Of a DNA stretch of 64,000 nucleotides, positions 1 to 9,260 are shown one piece after another. The notes under the pieces were generated by a model. It did no database searches, was not told where the DNA came from, and was given only the letters and a program-made list of their open reading frames with translations. This stretch comes from Cyanobacteria bacterium P01_A01_bin.123 (GTDB lineage: Bacteria > Cyanobacteriota > Cyanobacteriia > Phormidesmidales > Phormidesmidaceae), in contig JBCBZT010000026.1 of the NCBI GenBank assembly GCA_039815185.1, positions 1 through 64,000 on the forward strand. Reading direction: 5' to 3'. Numbering within the stretch: the first letter of the stretch is position 1; each line of letters starts with the position of its first letter. The position numbers were made by a program, and so were the translations under genes.

Positions 1-258
1 GCCCTGATGGCCCTCCATCAGCGCGAGTTGATTGCCGTCTAAATCCCACAGCCGCGCCGTGCCATCCGCACCGCTGGTGGCAATCTGGCGGCCATCGGGG
101 CTAAATAGCACCTGCTCGACCCTGCCCTGATGGCCCTCCATCAGCGCGAGTTGATTGCCGTCTAAATCCCACAGCCGCGCCGTGCCGTCCTCACCGCTGG
201 TGGCAATCTGGCGGCCATCGGGGCTAAATAGCACCTGCTCGACCCTGCCCTGATGGCC
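1..258 (-). repeat. Near-identical 123-bp tandem repeats encoding WD40 blades
   Basis: Positions 1-123 and 124-246 differ at only 2 nt; a third GCCCTGATGGCC begins at 247. Confidence 0.95.
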
Positions 259-3200
259 TGTGAATCGTGTTTCTCGAATTTGATTCAGGCTGGTCTGTAG
301 GGCTAATACTGGACTGGCTGCTAGATAGGTTAATCCGTCAGTTTTGAGAATTGAACTAACCCCATGGGTCGCTTTGAAAGCGGCTAACAAGCCTTCAGTC
401 TCTTGAAACTGAAACTTCTGAGATGCGTTTACCCCGGTGCGCTCTAGGGTGGTAATGCGGCTGACTAGTTCTCGTTCTTCAATTGCTGCTGCTCTTGCCG
501 TTTGCGCTGCTGCTAGATCTTGCTGTGCTTGTTGACGCGCTGTTCGAGCGACTGCCACCTGCGCTTGGGCATCGGCAATTGTGGCTTGGGCCGCTTGCTG
601 CTCTTGCTGGGCACGTTGGTCAATTGCTGTCAGGCGGGCTGTTGCCTCGTCAACTTCTTTTTGGGCTTCTGCTTCTTTTTGCAGGGCTTCTGCTTCTCGC
701 TGAATGGCGGCTTCAGATTGACGGCTGGCAACCCCCTCTTGAACTGTGGCCATGCCGACTTTAAAGTCAGCATTCATGACGGCAAAGTCAGCAGCACTCT
801 GCTGTTGCTCAGCTTCGATGCGACTCTCGTTGGCGTCTGCCCTAGCGGTGCGGGCCTGGAGGGTGGCGGTAATGGCAGCCCCTCCGGTTAATGTTCCTAA
901 CAACGCGGCGGCAGCCAAAGTTGCCATCAATACCCGTCGAGCTTGCTTGTTCTTTTGCTGTAACCCTTGCCGCTCTGTCTGAACTGAAACCAGCTCAGCT
1001 TTTGCCTGCTCATTGGCTGTGGTTAGTGCAACTTTTTCTTGCTCTAATCGCTGTCGCTGTCGCTTCTCCTCCTCCAACTCCGCCATCAACACCTCCCACC
1101 GGGGTGCCTGCCGCTCCCGAATCACTCCCGCCAAATAATCGTGCACCAACTGATATCGATCATCCGGCGTATCTGGCAACTGCATCGCAATCCCCGAACC
1201 GCAGAGGATGTGGAGGACGAGATCGAGGGGGGAGTGTTCGGGAGAGGGGGAGGCAGGGGGAGGGGGGGAAGAAATGCCGAGCGCCTCCAACTCCCGCACC
1301 AATTCTGGCCGCGTCTTCAACGGTCGCGTGCCGCGTTCATCGGTCAACAGAAACAACACCAGCTCCGCCGATTGCCGATTTTCGTCGCCACAATCGGCCA
1401 CCACATCTGCTAAATATCGCTGCACCAGCGTTTCCTTCGGCTGGTCACCCAACTGGCGATAGTGATCCAGCGTTTGAATCCCGTCCGTTTGCAACTGCGC
1501 CCCCACAATCTGCATCTCAATCGGACGCACTTCCCCCAACGACCCCGCCAAATCTGCCACTAGCGCATCCACCAGCGTAGGCTCCAAATGCATCTGCGCC
1601 CCTGCCGCCAATTGCCCAATGATCGCCTTCGTATCCGCTGGGCTAAAGTTGCCAATCTCGTAGAGAATCTGCTTACCCAAAATGTCTTCTAGCTGCGATC
1701 GGGCCATTGCCCCCTCAGCCATCTGGGTGCGCTTCACCAGTTGCCGCGCTTCTAATAAATAGTGGATGTAGTCCTCCCGTAGGGAAAACACAATCTTGAG
1801 CGCACCGGGCAGCTCCAAACAGTCGGCAATGAATTGAAAGAATTCGCGCCGCGCCAGCGGGTCTGTGTTGGCAAAGAAAAACTCTTCAAATTGATCGAAG
1901 ATGAGGACGACGCGGAGGAGGTGGGTTTCGCATTGGCGGAGGGTGGCAAGGAGAGCGGGGGAGAGGGGGAGAGGGGGGGATGGGGAGAGGCGATCAACCG
2001 CGTCCGTACCGGGGGTCAGGGGCGTAGGGATGCGATTAATCGCGTCCAGGGCGTTGACAATCTCCTGTTGCCAGTGGGTATAGCGCCGGATCAAGACAGG
2101 CACATTGTCGCGATTTTCCAGGGCACGGGCCGTCAACGCCGGGACGAGGCCGCCATTGACCAGGGAGCTTTTGCCCACCCCAGAAGCCCCGTGCAGCACG
2201 ATTAATTTATGACTGGTTCCCGCGATTCGGTTGAGCAGTTTTTGTAAATCTTGAAACCGTCCAGAGGAGGCAATTTCTGGGGCGATGTCTTCTAGGGTTT
2301 CGCGCTCCGATCGCACCGTGGGGCGCTGTTCTGTGCGCTGCGATCGCAGCCTGCCCGCCCCAATAAACGCCCGCAAGCCATACTGCTTTTCAACCGCTAA
2401 CCGCTCCCGCTTGACCTCAAAGGCTTCCAGATACTGGCCCTGATCGCGTAGGCGCTGCTGCAACAGCGCCAGCACATCACTGTGCAACTTGGGATGCTCC
2501 ATCACCCCCATGGCCTGGGCATCTCGCAGGTGGTCTGTCGCGGCCCCGGTTTGCCCCAAAGCCTGCTTGGCCTCGGCCAGCATCTTTAGATACAAGATGC
2601 GCCACCAGGTGACCTGCGGCAGTTGGGCCAGGGTGTCTAATGCTTGTTGGGCCAATTCTGCGGCGGGTTGCCACTGCTGGCGATGTAGGGCCACATCGGC
2701 TAAAAAGCCGTAGTCTTGGGCCAGTTTATTAAAATTGCCATCGCGCTGGTGCAGGGGCAGTGCCCTTTGCGCTGTAGTATCCAATTCATCCCACCGCTGT
2801 AACCGATGCAGCAGTCGCTCTAGTTGGGTAATGCTCTTGGCGACTAGATCCGCCCGATTCGCCTGCTCAAAGATCTGCAAACAGGCTTCTAGGGGCGGCG
2901 CTGCGTCGGCCCAGTTGGGATCTTGGTACTTGCTATTGTCGATGGCGAAGTAGCGCGATCGCCCCACATAAAACAGCGACAACCCCTGCTTCAACCGGGC
3001 CTCTGGATTATTGGGTTGGCGTTGCCAGTGGGCAGCGCTTTGCTCAAATAGCGCGATCGCCTCCTCATTGCGGACATTCAACCCCTGGGCAAAGGCAACA
3101 CTGGCTTGCAAGTCTGGATCGAACACATGGCCTTGGGCTTGGAGATCTGCCAGGGCGATCGCGATCTCCTCAGTCCCCAGATAGCCCAGATCTATCGTTT

Positions 3201-3789
3201 TGAGTCGCCGATTGAAAGACTCCGGCGTGTTGGGGGCCAGTAACCCGTTAAACATCTGCTGGGCTGCTTCTTGCAACCGCTGGGCCAGTTCTGTAGCAGG
3301 CAGCTCAAACTCAATGGTTTCGCCCCCCGCCACACTTTCAAAATCGTTGGCAAACTGCGAAAGCTGATGATACCCGGCATCGGTAAACCACAGCACCAAC
3401 GGAAAGGGAAAGTCCCGCCGAAATGCCTCCCGGCGTTTATTCATCTCCACCAGCAGCGTTTCTAGGGACTGCACCCCCTCGGTTTGCAGCACCATCACCG
3501 CCCCCGGTCGCTGATGTTCTGTCGTGCCTTGCACTAAGGAATAGAGGTTGCGTTCATCCGCCCCCAACCGCAACACATGCACCTCGCCTTGGAGGTTTTC
3601 TGCTGCCAGCTTGGCCAAGAGTTCAGCCAAGATACGTTCCCGCAGTTGGGCATAGTTGCAGCGCACCAATACCAGCGTCATGGCGTCAGCGCCTTGCCCC
3701 AACGCGATCGCGCCCACCAGTTCTTCCAAGGCCGCAGCATTGTGGGCCAGGTCAGCGGAGAAGTGGATGGGGTCGGGGGGGGTGGGCAT
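1..3789 (-). CDS. NLR-like STAND ATPase / WD40-repeat protein (N-terminal degenerate domain, TPR-like helices, nSTAND1-type NTPase, TM segment, coiled coil, WD40 repeats); 3' end runs off the window
   Basis: ATG at 3789 (MPTPPDPIHFSADLAHNAAALEELVGAIALGQ...). The same frame gives Walker A VLHGASGVGKSSL (~2160-2200), Walker B VLIFDQFEEFF (~1880-1910) and WD40 units GHQGRVEQVLFSPDGRQIATSG(A/E)DGTARLWDLDGNQLALME at 1-260. It is absent from the ORF track, consistent with no stop before the window edge. Confidence 0.88.
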   Translation of the reverse strand, partial: MPTPPDPIHFSADLAHNAAALEELVGAIALGQGADAMTLVLVRCNYAQLRERILAELLAKLAAENLQGEVHVLRLGADERNLYSLVQGTTEHQRPGAVMVLQTEGVQSLETLLVEMNKRREAFRRDFPFPLVLWFTDAGYHQLSQFANDFESVAGGETIEFELPATELAQRLQEAAQQMFNGLLAPNTPESFNRRLKTIDLGYLGTEEIAIALADLQAQGHVFDPDLQASVAFAQGLNVRNEEAIALFEQSAAHWQRQPNNPEARLKQGLSLFYVGRSRYFAIDNSKYQDPNWADAAPPLEACLQIFEQANRADLVAKSITQLERLLHRLQRWDELDTTAQRALPLHQRDGNFNKLAQDYGFLADVALHRQQWQPAAELAQQALDTLAQLPQVTWWRILYLKMLAEAKQALGQTGAATDHLRDAQAMGVMEHPKLHSDVLALLQQRLRDQGQYLEAFEVKRERLAVEKQYGLRAFIGAGRLRSQRTEQRPTVRSERETLEDIAPEIASSGRFQDLQKLLNRIAGTSHKLIVLHGASGVGKSSLVNGGLVPALTARALENRDNVPVLIRRYTHWQQEIVNALDAINRIPTPLTPGTDAVDRLSPSPPLPLSPALLATLRQCETHLLRVVLIFDQFEEFFFANTDPLARREFFQFIADCLELPGALKIVFSLREDYIHYLLEARQLVKRTQMAEGAMARSQLEDILGKQILYEIGNFSPADTKAIIGQLAAGAQMHLEPTLVDALVADLAGSLGEVRPIEMQIVGAQLQTDGIQTLDHYRQLGDQPKETLVQRYLADVVADCGDENRQSAELVLFLLTDERGTRPLKTRPELVRELEALGISSPPPPASPSPEHSPLDLVLHILCGSGIAMQLPDTPDDRYQLVHDYLAGVIRERQAPRWEVLMAELEEEKRQRQRLEQEKVALTTANEQAKAELVSVQTERQGLQQKNKQARRVLMATLAAAALLGTLTGGAAITATLQARTARADANESRIEAEQQQSAADFAVMNADFKVGMATVQEGVASRQSEAAIQREAEALQKEAEAQKEVDEATARLTAIDQRAQQEQQAAQATIADAQAQVAVARTARQQAQQDLAAAQTARAAAIEERELVSRITTLERTGVNASQKFQFQETEGLLAAFKATHGVSSILKTDGLTYLAASPVLALQTSLNQIRETRFTGHQGRVEQVLFSPDGRQIATSGEDGTARLWDLDGNQLALMEGHQGRVEQVLFSPDGRQIATSGADGTARLWDLDGNQLALMEGHQG

Positions 3790-3916
3790 TAGGGAGCGGG
3801 GGAGCAGGGGGAGCGGAGGAGCGGAGAGAGCAGAGGAAGGGTAGAAGCGTGATTAAAATCCTTCAATATTGGGGGACTTTGAGTGCTTGCTCCCCCAGTA
3901 TTGGGGGCTGGGGGGC
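3790..3916. repeat. Intergenic 9-mer tandem repeats (GGGGAGC(A/G)G-like) plus a CCCCCAGTATTGGGGG palindromic dispersed repeat
   Basis: agggagcgggggagcagggggagcggaggagcggagagagcagagg at ~3791-3836; tcccccagtattgggggctggggggc at ~3891-3916. Confidence 0.7.
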
Positions 3917-3963
3917 TGACATGGTATTGCTTGCCAAAATCCTAGCGTTAAATCGTTAAACTG

Positions 3964-5265
3964 TTACGTCTGAAGCGCTTCAGACTCTAGCAAGATAGGA
4001 TTCACATCAAACCAAGATTCGCCTTGATTGCGATATTCAAACACCAGGCGACTGTGGATCAGGGTTTGATAATCTTGGTCGCCGCCGACCCTTTTGCGTT
4101 CGCGCACTTGACGCAATAAGGCCCATTCTTCGTCAGAGAGTTGTAGGGTCATTTCATTTCGGCGACTGCGGATGGTGGCTTCTAGAGCATCGCGACTGAG
4201 GGGGAACTGCCGCTGTTTACGAATCTAACCATTGAGCAGTCTCAGCAAATCGCGGACATGGCCACCGCTAACCTGACAGAGGCGATCGAGGGTTTCTGGG
4301 GCGTCGAACAACTCGGATATCGCCGCTAACCGTTCCGATTCTGTGCTGTTGGGCAATGCCCTGGCCAGCACTAACTGCCGCAACAGCGCCATGCTTTGCT
4401 CACAAATTTCGCCATTGCGTAACTGGGCAGGCACCATGGGCAACACTTTTGGATCATCTATGTATCTTGCGGTCAGCAAGCCATACTCGCTAGAGAACTT
4501 GAGTGCCAGGGGTATAGTGTAGACCTTATGGCAATGCAAGTTACGCAGACATTCATGCTGATCGATGAATAGATATTCCTGCTGCGATCGCCCAAAGGCC
4601 TTAGGCCGCTTGTCGACTCGATCGAGATTATCCACAATCACCACCAGTCCCTTTTGCCCCTGCTGCTTGAGTTGGGCGATCGCAGGTTTGAGCAATTCAT
4701 TGTTAATCCCATCCACCAGCTGATTCTTTTGAGGGCCAAGGAACTGATTCAGGCGATCGCGTAGCGTGGCATCATTCTTAGCTCGTGCCGTAATTTCGCC
4801 AATGCCTAGCGATAGGGAAAACTCCCCGTCCAGCTCAACTTCAGTCATTAAAATGCGAGCTGCCCCCTGCAAAATACCCTTTAGCCCCTTGGGTTCGTCA
4901 AGATTCAGGCCTTCTATGCTTTGACTAATCCGACGGGCGATCGCCAACAGCACATCACCAATATCCACATCCGCCATTTCTAAATCTTCCGTGGACTCAA
5001 AATAGACCACGTGAAACCCATCGTCTTCAAGCTCGGCCCGCAGCTTTAACAATTCTGTGGACTTACCGCAACCAATATGGCCCGTAAACAACGTACAGGT
5101 TGGGTTTTCAGGTTCATAGAAAGTGATCAGATCCTTAATCTCGGAGATGATCTGCTCCCCCCGCACCTCTGAAAAGTCGATATAAAGCTGGCGATCGCCC
5201 TCCTTCCTCGGATCCAGGGTGCGGGCAGGGTTAGTGGTTTGAAAAAACTGGCGAACGTCTAACAC
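3964..5265 (-). pseudogene. AAA/P-loop ATPase (cyanobacterial family found upstream of STAND/TPR/WD40 genes) interrupted by an in-frame TAG at 4225-4227
   Basis: Walker A LFTGHIGCGKSTEL and Walker B VVIVDNLDRV. After ...RDLLRLLNG-TAG the same frame continues IRKQRQFPLSRDALEATIRSRRNEMTLQLSDEEW...WFDVNPIL to the stop at 3964. Confidence 0.8.
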
Positions 5266-5382
5266 GGAGGCAGCGATGGTAAAGAGGACAATAACCGCAG
5301 CGGGAACAGCTTCCCCCTATTTTTACCCAGTTTTGCAAGGATCAGGAATTGTCAGGGGTGAATGCGTCAGAGATAAGGCAAA

Positions 5383-5467
5383 TTTTGGATTTTGGATTTT
5401 AGATTTTGGATTTGAAGGATTCTCCCCATCTTCCCCTACCTCCCCCACTCCCCCACCTCCCCATCCC
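5383..5467. repeat. STRR-like heptamer tandem repeat (TTTTGGA)n and C-rich 8/9-mer repeats
   Basis: ttttggattttggattttagattttggattt, followed by tctccccatcttcccctacctcccccactcccccacctccccatccc. Confidence 0.75.
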
Positions 5468-5643
5468 GCCCAAAAGACGCCTTTTTCTCACAAAAGTGCC
5501 ATTTAAGGGGACAGCCGATAAACTGTGACATCACTGCCCGGAATTAGTGCAAAGATTCGGAAAAATTTGCCTAGACGTTGATTGTTTACTTCTCGTCATC
5601 ACACCTTATTTGTCTTGTTCTCGGCTTTCAGGATAGTTAACCT

Positions 5644-7134
5644 ATGATTCGCTCCCTCACCGCTTGGACAACCGCAACGCTACTTGGCAGTTTCGCGATC
5701 GCGGCGTCTGCCCAAGCCCAAACTTTTGGCAATGTTGAAATCAATCAAGATGCCGTCGTCCCAGTTGTGGCCCAAGGGTCTGGTTTCATCCCCTATCGAC
5801 TTTATGTTTATGAGCAAGTCTCTAGTACCCAGCAGTGCTGGAGCGAGTCGGGGACTGAACCGATTACGGTTGACCCACTTTTGCTCAACTTTGACTTTTC
5901 AGGTATTTGCAACCGGGCTGCCGACACTAACGGATACTCTGTTCGGGTAAATAACCAAGATTTGGGGTCTCGCTTCCAGCTCAGAGTGGTTGAAACCCAA
6001 GACGGTGACTTACTGCTGCGGGCTGTTTCTAACACTGAAGGGTCTTTTACCATCGGCAGTACGGGGGGCAAAGGCAGCAATGGCTATACCCGCATCGTTT
6101 TGGCACCCGGTTGGCGGTTAACCAAACGTACCTTTGATAACCAGGTACAGGGGCATTACTATTTCACCAATGACACCACCCTGGCCGAAGTCCTTTCAGG
6201 AAGCGATACGCCGGTGGTGGTTAATCCTACGCCGGATCCGATCAATCCGCCGACGGAGCCAGTCAGCGACCCCGTATTACCCCCACCGCCCGTAGTGGTC
6301 GGCAGCGACCCCCTATTGCCACCGCCGCCCGGGGGTGAAGCAGTCGCCTATCGAGTGATTGTGCCCGCTAGCGATGACGCCACCCTGTCGCGGGTGCGGA
6401 CAGTGGAACCAGGGGCCTTTCGGACGACGGTCAATGGCCAGTCCGTGATTCAAGCGGGGATTTATCAAGAACGTCCTCGGGCCGAGATCATGCAGCAAAA
6501 TTTGGGCCAGGCGGGTCTAGCAGCCCAAATCCTCAACAGCAGTCAGCCTATTCCGCCAGTGGTTGAGCGCCCGACTACCCCGGTTCCTCGTACGGGCGTC
6601 GTGGTCGTGATTGATCCAGGTCATGGGGGTCGTGACCCAGGGGCGATTGGGATTGGCGGGTTACAAGAGAAGGAAATTAACCTGGCGATCGCCATCCGCG
6701 TGCAGCAGATACTCGAAGAAAACGGAGTACAAGCGCCGATCACCCGCACGGGCGATCAAACCCTAGATCTGGATCCTCGGGTGCAGATTGCGAATCGTGC
6801 CAATGCGACGCTGTTTGTGAGCATTCACTCTAATGCGATTAGCCTTAGTCGCCCGGAGGTAAACGGTTTAGAAACCTACTATTACTCCACAGGCGCTAGC
6901 CTGGCCCGCACCATCCACAACAGCATTTTGCAGCGCATTGACATCCGCGATCGCGGCGTTCGCCAAGCCCGCTTTTACGTGCTGCGCTACACCGATATGC
7001 CTTCTGTGCTGGTAGAGACGGGCTTCGTCACCGGGTCAGAAGATGCCGCTCGACTGCGGGATCCCGCCCACCGGAATGCCATGGCCGACGCGATCGCCCA
7101 GGGCATTCTCAACTATGTTCGCGGGTCGTTATAG
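5644..7134 (+). CDS. N-acetylmuramoyl-L-alanine amidase (Amidase_3) with signal peptide, N-terminal DUF3747-like domain and Pro-rich linker
   Basis: Amidase motifs VVIDPGHGGRDPGA, EKEIN, SIHSN and SVLVETGF. The N-terminal QCWSESG...VDPLLLNFDFSGICNRAADTNGYSVR segment is typical of DUF3747. Confidence 0.88.
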   Translation: MIRSLTAWTTATLLGSFAIAASAQAQTFGNVEINQDAVVPVVAQGSGFIPYRLYVYEQVSSTQQCWSESGTEPITVDPLLLNFDFSGICNRAADTNGYSVRVNNQDLGSRFQLRVVETQDGDLLLRAVSNTEGSFTIGSTGGKGSNGYTRIVLAPGWRLTKRTFDNQVQGHYYFTNDTTLAEVLSGSDTPVVVNPTPDPINPPTEPVSDPVLPPPPVVVGSDPLLPPPPGGEAVAYRVIVPASDDATLSRVRTVEPGAFRTTVNGQSVIQAGIYQERPRAEIMQQNLGQAGLAAQILNSSQPIPPVVERPTTPVPRTGVVVVIDPGHGGRDPGAIGIGGLQEKEINLAIAIRVQQILEENGVQAPITRTGDQTLDLDPRVQIANRANATLFVSIHSNAISLSRPEVNGLETYYYSTGASLARTIHNSILQRIDIRDRGVRQARFYVLRYTDMPSVLVETGFVTGSEDAARLRDPAHRNAMADAIAQGILNYVRGSL

Positions 7135-7153
7135 CAGAGGGGTGGGGTCTGTT

Positions 7154-7714
7154 TTACAGTCGCGCCAGCAGCTCTTGTTTCTTAGTTTGAAATTCGTCTT
7201 CGCTCAAAATACCCTGGTCTCTCAATTTGCCTAACTTTTCCAGGGCTGCGTAGACATCTTTGGCACTGTCTTCCTCGTTCTCTAAATCAGAAACGTAGGA
7301 TTTGCCCTGTTCAAAGGCGCTATCGTAGGCCCGTTTAACCTGGTCTTCCACGAAGTTAGCCAGGGTACCCGAGCCAGAAAAATGGTTGATTGCTACCTGG
7401 CCCACGGCATAGGTCGATGCCCCCGAGGTAATCGACATAGACGCCCCGCCCAGTACGGTGCCAACCCCTGGAATAGCTTTGAGCATGCTTGCCCCTAACC
7501 GAGCCACTGTCGTGCCAGTTAAGGCTGAGACAAAGCCTTTCGCCATGCTTCTGGAATATTCCACGCCATAGAGATGGGCCAACTGCTGCAACATTTCGAG
7601 TTGAATCGCAGTCACCGCTGCGAAATCAACTAGCGGAATGGGAATCAGTCCACCCCCCATTGCCCATAGCACATGGGACCGAATGATCGATTCTGCCTTA
7701 GCTCGCCTATCCAT
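7154..7714 (-). CDS. YcjF/DUF697-family membrane protein with C-terminal SHOCT domain
   Basis: GGLIPIPLVDFAAVTAIQLEML...LKAIPGVGTVLG; C-terminal LEKLGKLRDQGILSEDEFQTKKQELL. Confidence 0.8.
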   Translation of the reverse strand: MDRRAKAESIIRSHVLWAMGGGLIPIPLVDFAAVTAIQLEMLQQLAHLYGVEYSRSMAKGFVSALTGTTVARLGASMLKAIPGVGTVLGGASMSITSGASTYAVGQVAINHFSGSGTLANFVEDQVKRAYDSAFEQGKSYVSDLENEEDSAKDVYAALEKLGKLRDQGILSEDEFQTKKQELLARL

Positions 7715-7724
7715 GACTCAATCC

Positions 7725-9260
7725 TCATGACTCGCTGTGAACGTCAAGGGTGGCATAAAAAGTACTGCCTTGACCAGGGGTGCTTTCAACCCAGATTTTG
7801 CCGTTATACTGCTGCACAATTTGACGGCAGATGGAGAGACCCAGGCCTGTGCCATTTTTAGTCCGGGCGTCAGAGGCATCGACCTGCTGAAATCGCTCAA
7901 AGATCAGCGTCAGCTTGTCCGCAGGAATGCCGCGTCCTTCGTCTTGTACCGAAAATCGCAGTTGAGGTTTGGGGCTGTTATGGCCTGCGGCTTCAGTCAT
8001 CGCTGCCCTGAGCCAAACGGTGCCCCCAGATGGGGAAAACTTGATGGCATTACTGAGTAAATTAGTAAGTAGCTGCTGGATGCGATCGCAGTCTACCCAG
8101 ACCTGTAAGTTCATGGGTTCTGTGACCAAGTTAACCCGAGCTTGATCGGCCATCGGCTGCATTGCGACAGTGGCTTGGGTGAGTAGATTGCTGAGTTCAC
8201 ACTGCTTTTTGTGCAGGGTCAGTTCACCCGACTTCATGCGCTCCAGATCGAGGATGTCGTTCACCAACCGAATCAACCGCTCGGCATTGTTAATGGCGAC
8301 CTGAATCATCTGCTGCCCTTTTTCAGATAGGTCACCGAGCTTGCCTGTGGCAATCAAATCTAAAGCACCCACTAGTGCACTAATAGGCGTTCGCAATTCG
8401 TGGCTGACGAGGGAAATGAACTCATTTTCCAATCGCTTCCGTTCGGTAATGTCATTCACTAGGGTTAAGGTGCAGGGTTGCCCTTCCAGCTCAATCGGTT
8501 CGACGGAAAGCAAGACCGTACGAATTTCGCCAGATTTTGTCCGCAGTTCAAATTCGCGGTTGTGAATTGCGCCTGTCCGGGCGAGTTCAGCAAGTCCTAA
8601 GGCATGGGCTCCAGGCCTCAACCCGAGGTTCAAATCGATGGGGCGTTGCCCGGTAAGTTCGGCGTGGGTGTAGCCGCTGAGGCGCTCAAAGCTGGGGTTA
8701 ACTTCAACAAAGCTGCCATCTTTTAAGGTATTAGTTGCGATCGGGGTAGGGCTGGTTTGAAAGATTTTGGTAAATCGGGTTTCGGCCTGCTGGCGACTGC
8801 GAATTTCAGTTTGTAGCTGATGGTTTTGCTGTTGTAGCTGCACCTGGAGCGATCGCAGCTGTAGATGGGTTTCAATCCGCGCCAGCACCTCCTCTACTTG
8901 AAACGGTTTAGTAACAAAATCCACCCCCCCCACCTGAAATGCCCGCACTTTATCCAGGGTTTCACCCAGGGCACTAATGAAAATTACGGGAATTCCAAGG
9001 GTACGTTCGTCAGACTTCAGTTGCTCGCAGACCTCATAACCGTTCATCTGGGGCATGTTGATATCGAGCAAAATCAGATCAGGGGGAACCGCCTGAGCTG
9101 CTCGTATAGCTGTGGTGCCCTTCGTGACGCTGCGCACCTTATAGCTGCGCTCAGTCAATAACTGGGAGAGTAACTGCAAGTTTTCTGGCGTATCGTCAAT
9201 GACCAGCAGGTCGGCCCGATAAACCTTTGCCACTGGGTTAGTTATCGTCGGATTAGTCAT
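7725..9260 (-). CDS. Sensor histidine kinase, REC-PAS-HisKA-HATPase
   Basis: LLVIDD...LILLDINMP (REC), a PAS domain, SHELRTP, NLLSNAIKF and GTGLGL. The ATG overlaps the stop of the upstream kinase (ATGACTAA). Confidence 0.92.
   Translation of the reverse strand: MTNPTITNPVAKVYRADLLVIDDTPENLQLLSQLLTERSYKVRSVTKGTTAIRAAQAVPPDLILLDINMPQMNGYEVCEQLKSDERTLGIPVIFISALGETLDKVRAFQVGGVDFVTKPFQVEEVLARIETHLQLRSLQVQLQQQNHQLQTEIRSRQQAETRFTKIFQTSPTPIATNTLKDGSFVEVNPSFERLSGYTHAELTGQRPIDLNLGLRPGAHALGLAELARTGAIHNREFELRTKSGEIRTVLLSVEPIELEGQPCTLTLVNDITERKRLENEFISLVSHELRTPISALVGALDLIATGKLGDLSEKGQQMIQVAINNAERLIRLVNDILDLERMKSGELTLHKKQCELSNLLTQATVAMQPMADQARVNLVTEPMNLQVWVDCDRIQQLLTNLLSNAIKFSPSGGTVWLRAAMTEAAGHNSPKPQLRFSVQDEGRGIPADKLTLIFERFQQVDASDARTKNGTGLGLSICRQIVQQYNGKIWVESTPGQGSTFYATLDVHSES

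Noticed and set aside
483..3959. Many plus-strand ORFs of 60-229 aa in the ORF track
   Set aside because: They are antisense shadows of the long minus-strand STAND-WD40 gene, which the track misses because it runs off the window.
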